A stretch of 64,000 nt of DNA. Source: Candidatus Obscuribacterales bacterium. GTDB taxonomy: Bacteria > Cyanobacteriota > Vampirovibrionia > Obscuribacterales > Obscuribacteraceae. This document shows, in pieces, positions 37,510-46,987 of the stretch. The stretch spans positions 3,520,001 through 3,584,000 of the forward strand of contig CBDDIJ010000003.1 of the NCBI GenBank assembly GCA_965228855.1, read 5' to 3'. Both the position numbers and the translations under genes were made by a program. The notes under the pieces are model-generated. The model saw only the letters and a list, made by a program, of their open reading frames with translations, was not told the DNA's origin and ran no database searches. The first letter of the stretch is position 1, and every line of letters starts with the position of its first letter.

Positions 37510-37914
37510 ATGGAAACCCTAGAACAAAGAAAACAATCGAATCCGATTGAAGAGCAACCATCCTTCCGTATAAAGGATCTGATGCTCGGCGAACTGCTTT
37601 GCCAGGCGGGGGTACTTAACGATAATCGTTTGCTCGAACTTACTAAAATCGCGAGAGTTGCTCAAGCGACAATTGGATACGCGCTAGTTTCGACAAACCT
37701 CCTTACATCAAGCGAGTTGTTCGTCGCACGCCGTTTGGTTAATCGCTATCTTCTGGACTCAGACAATCCAGAAAAATACATAAGTGCGATGCGCAACCTT
37801 CTCCATAAGCAATTACAGAAGCAGCAGGCAACGAATCGTTCCAGCCTCAGTCTTGCCAAAATTACGAGAAAACACCTAGCCGCCACCAACGAAGCGCTAT
37901 TCTTGGTTTCCTAG
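37510..37914 (+). CDS. Hypothetical protein with a degenerate MshEN-like tandem motif
   Basis: MLGELLCQAGVLNDNRL...TIGYALVSTNLLTSSEL. Confidence 0.7.
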   Translation: METLEQRKQSNPIEEQPSFRIKDLMLGELLCQAGVLNDNRLLELTKIARVAQATIGYALVSTNLLTSSELFVARRLVNRYLLDSDNPEKYISAMRNLLHKQLQKQQATNRSSLSLAKITRKHLAATNEALFLVS

Positions 37915-37953
37915 TTCTGCGATAATTTAGCCTTCATTCAGGAGGTGATATCG

Positions 37954-38274
37954 ATGTCCCAGCAGGTCACAGTAGTCGCGCGCCTGGTCGCGAAGCCAGG
38001 CATGGAAGCTCGCGCCAAAGAAGAGCTTCTCAAGATGGTCGAGGAGACGCATAAAGAGCCCGGTTGCATCAATTACGACTTGCACGTCTTCCTCGATGAT
38101 CCGCGCGTTTTTCTTTTCCACGAGAACTGGGAAACAAAAGCTCATCTCGATAAGCACTTTCAGACACCCCACTTCCTTCATCTAGGTTCGGTGAAACCTG
38201 AGATTTTTGAAGATGCCGATGTCAAACTATATGGGATCATCAGCCAACCGAAACCAGCTGCAGTCGCAAAGTAA
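37954..38274 (+). CDS. ABM-family putative quinol monooxygenase
   Basis: EPGCINYDLH, FLFHENW, HFQTPH; GGAGG RBS. Confidence 0.92.
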   Translation: MSQQVTVVARLVAKPGMEARAKEELLKMVEETHKEPGCINYDLHVFLDDPRVFLFHENWETKAHLDKHFQTPHFLHLGSVKPEIFEDADVKLYGIISQPKPAAVAK

Positions 38275-38276
38275 GC

Positions 38277-38747
38277 CTACTGCCAGGAATAATCGGTCGA
38301 ATATCCGTTGCTTCGCGTAACCCGACCACCGGTTGGATTATCCGTTTCCCAGTAAGAGTCGTACGTACGCGCACGCGATTGACGCGGTGCGCGACTTGCA
38401 ATCGCCACCTTTTTTGCGGGTTTTCTGGCGACCTTGCGAACAACCGCGGGTGCGGCGGGGCGTGCCGGCGCAATCGGTTTAAATTTTACCGGAGTGCCAT
38501 TCTGTTCGGACAATTCAATTCTTCGAACCACCTGATCCGGCGAGAACTTCTGTAGTTCGCCGAGCGACCACACGAATAAACCCGCGCAGGTCGCTAACCC
38601 GACGAGCGTACTGATAGCCGGTATGGCAACTTTGAGACCGTCGTGACCCAGCACCTGCAATGCGATCTTGAGATCGTGCAGATCGCTTTTACGTCCTTGA
38701 TCAATCATTCGGAACTCCGTAGTAACATCGCTCAATGCGACTGACAA
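38277..38747 (-). CDS. Hypothetical single-pass membrane protein
   Basis: One TM segment, then an Ala/Arg/Lys/Pro-rich tail; start uncertain. Confidence 0.65.
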   Translation of the reverse strand: MSVALSDVTTEFRMIDQGRKSDLHDLKIALQVLGHDGLKVAIPAISTLVGLATCAGLFVWSLGELQKFSPDQVVRRIELSEQNGTPVKFKPIAPARPAAPAVVRKVARKPAKKVAIASRAPRQSRARTYDSYWETDNPTGGRVTRSNGYSTDYSWQ

Positions 38748-39006
38748 TATTCTATCTATCGGTCTTTCAGGAAATAAAGTGTCATAGTTTCAGACTCATG
38801 TCAACAACACCGGTTCGGGACAGCCAAGACATCCAAACACCGCCCAGGTTCACCCCTTCCGGACATACACAAGTACTAACGCAGGACGGTTTCACTTCGC
38901 AACAATCAGGGCTAACCTATTGGCATCGAGCACACATCCCCCTGACATGCTAGTGTGGAAAAGAGTTCTTCGGAAATTTCCATTAGAATTTCGATTGCAG
39001 ACTGTG

Positions 39007-40812
39007 ATGAGCGAGATGCAGTTTAGACCGCGCGTTGACCAGCAGAAGCAGAAATTAACAGAAGCGCCAAAGGCGCTGCTCTTGTCTACCATGCTGTTTT
39101 TGTCTTCAGCAACAGCGCTAGCTTCTATTGCATCGCCGTGCTTTGCCATGAAAACACAGGCAGACTATGCGACGGAAAAGAAGGTCTACGATCTCGTCAC
39201 GAAAGCGGAGTCGCTAAGCTCGAACCGTGACTATGTGGCTGCGGAAAAGAACTTACGCGATGCTCTTGCTTGCGGCCCAAGCTCTTACACCGTGCACATC
39301 AGACTCGATCTCGCTGATTGCTACCGCGACCAGAAGAAGTATCCGGAGGCGATTGCAGAAACCGATATTGTTTTAAAACTGGACCCCAACGAGTCCAGCG
39401 CCATCTACAGGGCCGCGCTTATTTATAACGACATGAATAAAACAGATGAGTGCTTGGATAAACTGCGTGCCTACATTCGTGTCACAAAAGACCAGGGAAT
39501 GAAAAAGCAAGCTCAAGATTTTTTGCAGAAGGTAGGCGCATTTGCAGATTTGAATAAGGCGTCAAAGCTCGTGGAGAGCCGCAATTACAAGGAAGCGCTG
39601 AAGTATCTGGATAGCGAAACGTTGAAGGATCCATCGCCGTACTCTGCCACCGTGCATTCGTGCAAATCGTTCGCTTATCGTGCCATTGGTCAATCAGAAA
39701 AAGCCATAGTCGAAGGGAAAAAGGCTTTAGAACTGGACCCTACTGACAAAAACTGCGTGTATAACTTAGCGATCGCGTATCAGGATTTAGCGAAATTCGA
39801 CGAAGCGATCGCATCTTTAAAAAAATATGCGTCGATGGAAACAGACACTACGGCCCGCAACTCGGCTGAGACCTTCATGCATGAACTCGAGGTCGACCGC
39901 AAGCAGTTCGACTTAGAGGACAATAAAAGACAGGATTATTTCGCGCAACTGAGATCGCAGAAACATGTGGTGGCATGGCCGGAATCGAGACTACCACTTC
40001 GAGTCTACATTGCTCCAGGGACGGGAGTGAAGGGTTTTCAGAATTCTTTTCCATCATTCGTACCCAAAGCGCTTGATGCCTGGTGTTTAGCGTCCGGAAA
40101 GAAAATCAATTATGTTATAACGAAGGACAAATCGAAAGCCGATATCAAAGTGTCATGGACCAAAGATCGCTTATTCGGCAACGATAATGACAGACTGAAG
40201 ACCGGAATTACCCATCTTTCGACTGAAAACCAGCGAATCACAAACGCGGATGTTGAAATTCGCACCGTTGATCCTTTTAACCCGGAACGCAATGTGGAAA
40301 GCGGCGAATGCGCATCGGTTGTAATGCATGAGCTTGGGCACGCGCTCGGTCTGGGTCATTCCACATACATCTATGACGTTATGTATTTCAGATCCTCGAC
40401 CAAACAAACGGGCGAGCCAACAAAGCGCGACAATAACACACTGGCGCTACTGTACAAAAACCATCCCGGCGTCGAATTCGTGGCGAAGGCAGTACCTTCC
40501 ACAACGGCAGCAATTACTTATTTGCCGCCGCCCACATTTATGCCACCAAAATTGACCGGCACCAAAAAGATTGTACCGCCGTTATTTATGCCACCACCCC
40601 TGGTTTCACAGAAAAAGCTCCAGCCTCCTCTGTTTATACCACCGCCGCTGCAAAAAACCGCTGCATCCTCCGCCGAAACCAAACCAGCGGCAAGCTCGAA
40701 AAAGACACATGAGTCGAGGGATGCGCTGTTGTTTGTTCCCGCACCGGTGAACAAGAAATCGCCGCCCTCGCCACAACTGTTCGTACCACCGCCGTTAAAG
40801 AGAGGCGGCTAG
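39007..40812 (+). CDS. TPR-repeat protein with matrixin/M10-like zinc metallopeptidase domain and Pro-rich tail
   Basis: HELGHALGLGH, DVMY Met-turn; N-terminal signal-like helix and TPRs; start uncertain. Confidence 0.9.
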   Translation: MSEMQFRPRVDQQKQKLTEAPKALLLSTMLFLSSATALASIASPCFAMKTQADYATEKKVYDLVTKAESLSSNRDYVAAEKNLRDALACGPSSYTVHIRLDLADCYRDQKKYPEAIAETDIVLKLDPNESSAIYRAALIYNDMNKTDECLDKLRAYIRVTKDQGMKKQAQDFLQKVGAFADLNKASKLVESRNYKEALKYLDSETLKDPSPYSATVHSCKSFAYRAIGQSEKAIVEGKKALELDPTDKNCVYNLAIAYQDLAKFDEAIASLKKYASMETDTTARNSAETFMHELEVDRKQFDLEDNKRQDYFAQLRSQKHVVAWPESRLPLRVYIAPGTGVKGFQNSFPSFVPKALDAWCLASGKKINYVITKDKSKADIKVSWTKDRLFGNDNDRLKTGITHLSTENQRITNADVEIRTVDPFNPERNVESGECASVVMHELGHALGLGHSTYIYDVMYFRSSTKQTGEPTKRDNNTLALLYKNHPGVEFVAKAVPSTTAAITYLPPPTFMPPKLTGTKKIVPPLFMPPPLVSQKKLQPPLFIPPPLQKTAASSAETKPAASSKKTHESRDALLFVPAPVNKKSPPSPQLFVPPPLKRGG

Positions 40813-41151
40813 CTAACCGGGCTTCTTCGACAGCTTCACGACCTCTACGTCGTCGAGACAGATCAGTCCCTCAGCGACCATCTCTTCAACAGTCGGCATA
40901 ATTGCCTCGATCCGCTCGGCACTGTCGATCACTATGATGATCTCGGGCAAGGCGCTAGACAGATCCATAATGCTTGCCGTATGAATTTTCTGGTGCCCGC
41001 CGAAGCCAGCAGAGCCTCTAACGACCGTGGCACCGGCACATCCTTCTTTGCGAAGCCGGTCAACCAGCGCAGCGCTGAGAACTTTACCGTGCCAGCGATC
41101 GGTTTCGTCGATGAAAATCATCAGACGTTTCATTACAACAGTTTCTCTCAT
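40813..41151 (-). CDS. DUF190 (PII-like) protein
   Basis: GCAGATVVRGSAGFG...IHTASIMDLSSALP; typical neighbour of crcB. Confidence 0.9.
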   Translation of the reverse strand: MRETVVMKRLMIFIDETDRWHGKVLSAALVDRLRKEGCAGATVVRGSAGFGGHQKIHTASIMDLSSALPEIIIVIDSAERIEAIMPTVEEMVAEGLICLDDVEVVKLSKKPG

Positions 41152-41200
41152 GAGTACTCCAGGAATGTACAGGGAAAAACACTGTGCGGTTTGAACCGCA

Positions 41201-41602
41201 TTACAACAACTTGGCGAGCATGACGCCGACCACGACAGCTATGAATCCGAGAAGCAGATTGCCGCCAAGATTCACGAAAGCAAGCACGGGCTCACCCTTT
41301 TGATACAGCGCAAATGTTTCATAAGCGAGAGCACTGAATGTGGTGAAACCTCCGGCAAAACCACTTATCAGAAAGAAGCGCAGATTCGGATCGATCAAAC
41401 CAGGTTTGGCAAGCGCAGTTGTGGCAACAAATCCGATTAGCAGGCTGCCGATGACATTTACGATTAATGTGCCCCACGGAAATGTAGTGCCGAACCAGGT
41501 GCTGGCGTAATAACTGGTCAGAAAACGTGCGACGCAGCCGAATGTGCCACCGAGCGCGACTGCAAGAATTTCCATTGCGGCGGGGAGAGCGAGCGCGTTC
41601 AA
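41201..41602 (-). CDS. crcB: Fluoride efflux channel CrcB/FluC
   Basis: GG..G..AR, FPWGTLIVN, GFAGGFTTFS. Confidence 0.95.
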   Translation of the reverse strand: MNALALPAAMEILAVALGGTFGCVARFLTSYYASTWFGTTFPWGTLIVNVIGSLLIGFVATTALAKPGLIDPNLRFFLISGFAGGFTTFSALAYETFALYQKGEPVLAFVNLGGNLLLGFIAVVVGVMLAKLL

Positions 41603-41754
41603 GAAAACATCCTTGTAATGGGTACTCCGACGCGAATTTTACCAGAGAACCAAGTAATACCAAAGCCTTGCCGATTTGGATACACTTTGGTCACACTTTC
41701 CGGAGTAATATCCTAACCGCGGTACTCGGCTAGTTGGGGAGCCAGCCCAAAATT

Positions 41755-44073
41755 ATGACAACAAGAAATAACTCTGTGGAAGCAGGCTCTGACGACCAGC
41801 CTGCGGTAAGTAAACCTGTGGATTCGTTCTCATCCTCGACCTACGTCGAATCGGAACTCACGCGCACGGACGTCAAACCTACCGAAACTGCCAGCGGTGT
41901 CGGCGCGGAGGCGAAGGAGACCGCCGCTCCGACCGGCGGCGCTCAAGATTATACGGAAACACTATTGGGACCCAGTGCAGTGAATTGGGGAGCAAAATCC
42001 GCAGAACCGGCAGTGCTCGACTTCAGCACCGAAGGTGGTGACAATCCATTTGCTGACAAGTTCAATTCTCTGGTAGCTGAGAATCCCCTTTTCGATAATC
42101 CTTTTGCCGAAAAATTCACGGACTTGAAGCCTGCAGGTCAAGCAACCGACGCCGATAAGGGTGAGAACAAAGTCGAGAATAAGAAAACCGGCACAGACCC
42201 GATTACCGCTACCACACTAGATTTGGCCAAAAGGATAACCGAAGTGCCGGAGCAGCTTGCTGGATTGTTCAAACCGAACGAAATAGCGAAGACCATCGGC
42301 GGCCTTTTCAGTGGAGATCAAGAAGCCGCGCGCATAGTCAATCAAGCGAAACAAGGCAAAGCAAATCTTGACGCGCAAGACGCACAGTATCTGAAACAGT
42401 GGCGTGGACCAGCAGACAATGGACACGTGGCGCCACCGGCAGAAGGTGATGACCCTGCAAAATATACACACAAGAACAGCGACGGGTCCTCATACGATGT
42501 GACTGACGGCAAAATTAGCGCCTTCACTACCGCCCCGACTGCAAACAACCCAGACGGGTTGACTTACAAAAACATCAAGTACGATTCCAATAATCAAATT
42601 ACCAGTTACGAAACACCGTTCAATCAGCGTCACACCAGGGTGAATGCGGCAAATAAAGATGGGTTCGCGACCTGGCAAAGCACCACCCTTGATGGCAGAC
42701 CATCGCCCTACGGCGGCGCCGGCTCGACTCAATGGTCCGGCAAACCGGCTGTGGACGACAAAGGTTTTCACAATTTAGTTACGAGCGGTACGTACGCGGG
42801 CAATATGTATTCGCGCGGAATGGACGGCGGTTACACCCTAACGCAGCCGCAGTACAAAGGTCGCGCGATGACGGGTTTGGAATCGACCACAACGCTCGCG
42901 GACAACACAGAGGTTTCACGTCGAGGCACATTCGACAGCAAAAGTGGAAAGCTGAATCAGGACAATACGAATATTAGCGTCGACGAAGGTGACGGGCCCA
43001 AAGTCAGCAAAGTAAGTTTCGACGAGACTGGCAAAGGGAAGGTGATCGACGAGCCGAAAAAGACTGGTATCGCAGGCGGTGAATCGACTATGGGTATGTT
43101 CGACAATCTCCTGGGCAACGCTCCTGAGATGCTGAAAAACGTAGAGTCGTTTGAAATACAAAAGACCGGCAAGAACAGTTTTCACATAAATGGTGACCTT
43201 GCGAATGTGTATATGCAGCCCCCGAATGTCACCGTCGGCGGTTTCGGTCCGTTGGGTGGAGTATCGGCAACTCCGCAAGGAGGAGTAGTCGATAAATTCA
43301 GCCTGGATCTCGGGTTCAACGACAATATAGTCAACGCTTCCAACATTGAGGGGGTCAATGGAACTGCATCTTTGTCGCGCAAAGGTTTGTTCGGCCGAAC
43401 CAAAAATATCGGCTCAACAAGTACGTCAACGACAGGCATGGTCTGGGATACGCAAAATAATACAATGACGGCAAAGTCGCCAGAGAGAAATACGGTGCTG
43501 TCGGCGCAGCACTTTGCTGCTGACAGCTTGAATGGCCGTTTGCTCGGTAGTGAAACAGCTGAGGCGAAAGCGAAAGAAACACTGAAATCGCTGGATGAGC
43601 ACGTTAAATCGGCAAAGCTGAAACAAGTGAAGCCCGGGGTCTTCGAAGGCTCACTCGATCTGGCAGACAACCGGCTGTCGATTGATACCAAGATTCCTGG
43701 TGTAACAGCCAACCTCTACATGGACGACAAAATTGATTTCTCACTGAGCAAGGATGGAATCAAATTCAAACCGGGCGAAGTTCAGCTCGGAACTCAGATC
43801 GGCAACGGACTCGAAACGCGGAAATCGGTTTCGGCAATCAGCAGGGAGCTTAACGATAAGGGCGAACCCACCATGAAAATAGAGTTCCACGACGGCAAGG
43901 ACGCGATCCGGATTCCGGTTGGAGATTCAAAACCTAACGCTGGAAAGACGGAAGCGACTCACGGACCAGCCAAAGAACAACAAACTAGACCAGTGATCAC
44001 ACCTCACCGAGTCGCGCCGCAACAGTTTCATTACGATACGCAGCCTGTTCATCGACGGTTTCGCAGGCGGTAA
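41755..44073 (+). CDS. Large hypothetical protein with disordered N-terminus and Gly/Thr-rich beta-like regions
   Basis: Uninterrupted ORF of about 770 aa; no signal peptide or family motif recognised. Confidence 0.85.
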   Translation: MTTRNNSVEAGSDDQPAVSKPVDSFSSSTYVESELTRTDVKPTETASGVGAEAKETAAPTGGAQDYTETLLGPSAVNWGAKSAEPAVLDFSTEGGDNPFADKFNSLVAENPLFDNPFAEKFTDLKPAGQATDADKGENKVENKKTGTDPITATTLDLAKRITEVPEQLAGLFKPNEIAKTIGGLFSGDQEAARIVNQAKQGKANLDAQDAQYLKQWRGPADNGHVAPPAEGDDPAKYTHKNSDGSSYDVTDGKISAFTTAPTANNPDGLTYKNIKYDSNNQITSYETPFNQRHTRVNAANKDGFATWQSTTLDGRPSPYGGAGSTQWSGKPAVDDKGFHNLVTSGTYAGNMYSRGMDGGYTLTQPQYKGRAMTGLESTTTLADNTEVSRRGTFDSKSGKLNQDNTNISVDEGDGPKVSKVSFDETGKGKVIDEPKKTGIAGGESTMGMFDNLLGNAPEMLKNVESFEIQKTGKNSFHINGDLANVYMQPPNVTVGGFGPLGGVSATPQGGVVDKFSLDLGFNDNIVNASNIEGVNGTASLSRKGLFGRTKNIGSTSTSTTGMVWDTQNNTMTAKSPERNTVLSAQHFAADSLNGRLLGSETAEAKAKETLKSLDEHVKSAKLKQVKPGVFEGSLDLADNRLSIDTKIPGVTANLYMDDKIDFSLSKDGIKFKPGEVQLGTQIGNGLETRKSVSAISRELNDKGEPTMKIEFHDGKDAIRIPVGDSKPNAGKTEATHGPAKEQQTRPVITPHRVAPQQFHYDTQPVHRRFRRR

Positions 44074-44154
44074 CGCTTTCGCGATATAATCTTGCTTTGC
44101 GGTCCGAGCGCTTCAAACTCGGACGGCTGGTCACGCGTGTTGCAGCGAGGCGCT

Positions 44155-45123
44155 ATGCATAAGCAAGCTATTTTGATAATGACTGTGAGCGGTTTAATAG
44201 CATGCAGCGACCATGCAGCGTGTGCGACTAAACCGCAGACCGCTCCGACTGCAGTGCCTACACCAACTAACATCGACGCCAAAAGGCTTGACGAACTCCG
44301 CGTCATGTGTCAAAAGCGTTTGAAAAAAAATCCCCGCGACGTCGAGGCAATGGTGCAACTAGGCTCAACCTATCAGTTTCGCGGAGAGTACGACAGAGCA
44401 ATCGACCAATTCAACAATGCGCTGGCAATCGATCAAAAGAATTGGCGGGCATACATGGGTCGCTCTTTGATATTCAGCAAAAAGGGCATGAATAGAGAAT
44501 CTGCGCAAGATTTAAAACTAGCCTTTCAATACAACCCCAAGTTGAAACAAACCCTCGAAGCAACCATGGCGCACGCCAAAAGCACCGTTGCAAAAGCACT
44601 CGCGCCATATTACGTCGAAGGTGAGCAAGGCTATTACACAAGCAAACTGGATAATGCCAACGACCAGGCCTCATCGCAGATGCGAGAGGGAAAAATTGAC
44701 CTCGCCATAAAGACGCTGACCGATGGAATCAACAATTACCCTTCTTCAAAGATCGCCTACAAGAGTCAAGAGTACGCAAAGTACTGTTTGTCGAAGGCAT
44801 ACCAATTGCGCGCAATTTGCTATTTCAAACAGAAGAATCTGACAAAATCCATTGATGACATGACGCAAGCCGCAACTTTGACGCCGATGAAACAGGAGAT
44901 CTATTTAGATCGTTCACAGCTCTATGCAGCGTCCGGTGACAAGAAAAAGGCAATGGCAGACGCTGAAAAAGCCAAAACGCTAAAGCCAGGCTGGATGCCA
45001 GCTGGCGTAGCGCAAGCGCTCAAGTCATCCATGACGGAGTCTATGTCCTATGCTGCAAAACGTGGACATGACATAAATCAGCCGAAGTCACCCACCAACA
45101 ATAAGACAGATCGCCCGGACTAG
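44155..45123 (+). CDS. Secreted or lipoprotein-like TPR protein
   Basis: GAGG RBS; LIAC segment; TPR units (AMVQLGSTYQFRGEYDRAI). Confidence 0.88.
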   Translation: MHKQAILIMTVSGLIACSDHAACATKPQTAPTAVPTPTNIDAKRLDELRVMCQKRLKKNPRDVEAMVQLGSTYQFRGEYDRAIDQFNNALAIDQKNWRAYMGRSLIFSKKGMNRESAQDLKLAFQYNPKLKQTLEATMAHAKSTVAKALAPYYVEGEQGYYTSKLDNANDQASSQMREGKIDLAIKTLTDGINNYPSSKIAYKSQEYAKYCLSKAYQLRAICYFKQKNLTKSIDDMTQAATLTPMKQEIYLDRSQLYAASGDKKKAMADAEKAKTLKPGWMPAGVAQALKSSMTESMSYAAKRGHDINQPKSPTNNKTDRPD

Positions 45124-45217
45124 TTTTTGACATACGTGACTTCACCACTCCCGCCGAGAGTGCCGTTTTTACGTCTCTGCAATCACGTCCCACGGCGCGC
45201 CCCGAAGTGCTTATCCC

Positions 45218-45251
45218 GCTTGCGCAAACAAAAGCGCAAGGGGTTTCTCTT
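45218..45251 (+). terminator. Probable terminator
   Basis: CTTGCGC/GCGCAAG stem followed by TTTCTCTTT. Confidence 0.5.
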
Positions 45252-45364
45252 AAATTTTTTGCTTAAATGTTTGACTCTTGCCAACGAATATCCAAAGCAT
45301 TACATTGTTGTTGTCAAGCAATTACGGCGCGCCTGGGAGAAGCCCACCGGCGGGGAGGTTTGCC

Positions 45365-45547
45365 ATGGAAGTACTCGGTCTGGCATCAATGGTACCCGTT
45401 ACTTTTAGAACCCGCTTTCAGGGTGTAAGCAGAACCCTAAACGAACTCAACGAAGAAGACAAATATTCAGTCATCTACGAAATCGCCAGAATCGAAACGA
45501 TGCTCAGCAGAATCGCGGACAATGACGGTCCTTTCCGTCCTATATAA
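45365..45547 (+). CDS. 60-aa hypothetical protein
   Basis: Strong GGGGAGG RBS before ATG 45365; MEVLGLASMVPVTF...GPFRPI. Confidence 0.6.
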   Translation: MEVLGLASMVPVTFRTRFQGVSRTLNELNEEDKYSVIYEIARIETMLSRIADNDGPFRPI

Positions 45548-45639
45548 GGCAAATGAAAAACACTTTTCGACGAATCGACTGCAGCATGAACTCGCGATTC
45601 AATCGCTGGGTTCCGGTCGTTTACGTGTGCGCAATCGCT

Positions 45640-46746
45640 CTACTGTACTTTACCTCGAGCGGCGATCGGCCACGCGCCAATGAAGGCATCGTCGCGGACA
45701 ACGTGAAAGTAGTCGTGCAAAGCAACAGTGGTATCGATATGCGAGGGCCACAAAGCAACTCTATCGCCGACGACTAGGTCGATTTCGCCGGTCGCGGATT
45801 CCAGCACGCCATGCTCATCTCCGGCGGGACGGTACGTCCAGTCCGGACGCTCACAAGGCTCGGCGTTCCCCATGTCGATTGACAAACTTTTCGTGCCGGC
45901 ATCAATCACCGCACGATTTTTGTTCGGCTTGCTTATCACGGTCGAAACCAATTTCAGCGCATTGCGATAGGCTCCATCGGTAGCGTTTCTATACGCGACG
46001 TCCATGAAGATGAACGAACCTGGCTGAACTTCCGTGATACCATCGACAGAAGCGCAAATTTCCGCCGTGCCGGTACCACCTGTGGTGACGACGGATATGT
46101 CAAAGCCATTTCCACGCAATGCGTTAGCTGCGGAAACAAGTTTTTCCATAGCCTCCCGGCATCTGGCTTCACGGGTACTAGAATCAAGATGTTGAAGATG
46201 ACCTTCGTAGCCTTGGATTCCGATCAGTTCTAAATATGCACACTCAGAAATTGATTTTGCAAGCGAGAGAACGTCCTCTTCCGTTTCAACACCTGTTCGA
46301 TCCTGCCCAACGTTGTAGTCGATCAAAACTTTCAACCTCCCATAGTAGCCATCCGCCTGAATTGCCTTCTGCAGCTCGTTTACAACCACTCGATTATCGA
46401 CGACGATTTTCAGATTGGGCGCTTGCCTGAGCAGTTCAATCAATCGAGCGACTTTCAATTCACCCACAATCTCAGTGGTAATTAGAATGTCATCGATTCC
46501 TTCCCGTACAAAAATCTCTGCCTCGCTCAGTTTCGCGACACAAATTCCGCTTGCTCCACGCTCCAAAATCATTCGGGCAAAAGCAGGACTCTTAGCCGTT
46601 TTCTGATGCGGTCGCACTGCAACATTCGGGAAGCGATGGAACCTTTTCATCATTCGATCGATGTTTTCTTCTACATCATCAAGGTCAACAGCTAAAAGCG
46701 GAGTATCAAACTCTCTCAGTGCTTCTACACTCTTGTAATTCGTCAT
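45640..46746 (-). CDS. DSD1/D-threonine aldolase-like fold-type III PLP enzyme
   Basis: RPHQKTAK PLP lysine, GIQGYEGH, GGTGT, QPGSFIFMD, DEHG, PSHID. Confidence 0.92.
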   Translation of the reverse strand: MTNYKSVEALREFDTPLLAVDLDDVEENIDRMMKRFHRFPNVAVRPHQKTAKSPAFARMILERGASGICVAKLSEAEIFVREGIDDILITTEIVGELKVARLIELLRQAPNLKIVVDNRVVVNELQKAIQADGYYGRLKVLIDYNVGQDRTGVETEEDVLSLAKSISECAYLELIGIQGYEGHLQHLDSSTREARCREAMEKLVSAANALRGNGFDISVVTTGGTGTAEICASVDGITEVQPGSFIFMDVAYRNATDGAYRNALKLVSTVISKPNKNRAVIDAGTKSLSIDMGNAEPCERPDWTYRPAGDEHGVLESATGEIDLVVGDRVALWPSHIDTTVALHDYFHVVRDDAFIGAWPIAARGKVQ

Positions 46747-46987
46747 TTCAAAGTCTCTGTTTTTCTAAAGACCACGTTCTCACTAGTACTTTCACGAAAG
46801 CCGCATAAGGAGCGCGTCTCAGTGTGGAAAACCGCCGGCGACAGCGGCAAACCGACTTGTGAAAGCACTGGCACAAAAAATACCATAAACAACCCACCGC
46901 GAACTCGACAAATCACTGAGAATTCTTCGATCTCTGTGAATACAGTCCGGCTCAGCGGAAAGTTACTTTCAACATGAGAACAGACTT

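Noticed and set aside
39768..39813. HIP1 (GCGATCGC) enrichment as a cyanobacterial marker
   Set aside because: Only a few copies noticed; over-representation cannot be shown without counting
41603..41750. Fluoride riboswitch upstream of crcB
   Set aside because: No GGCGATGG...CGCC / GCTRATGAC-type consensus found on the minus strand
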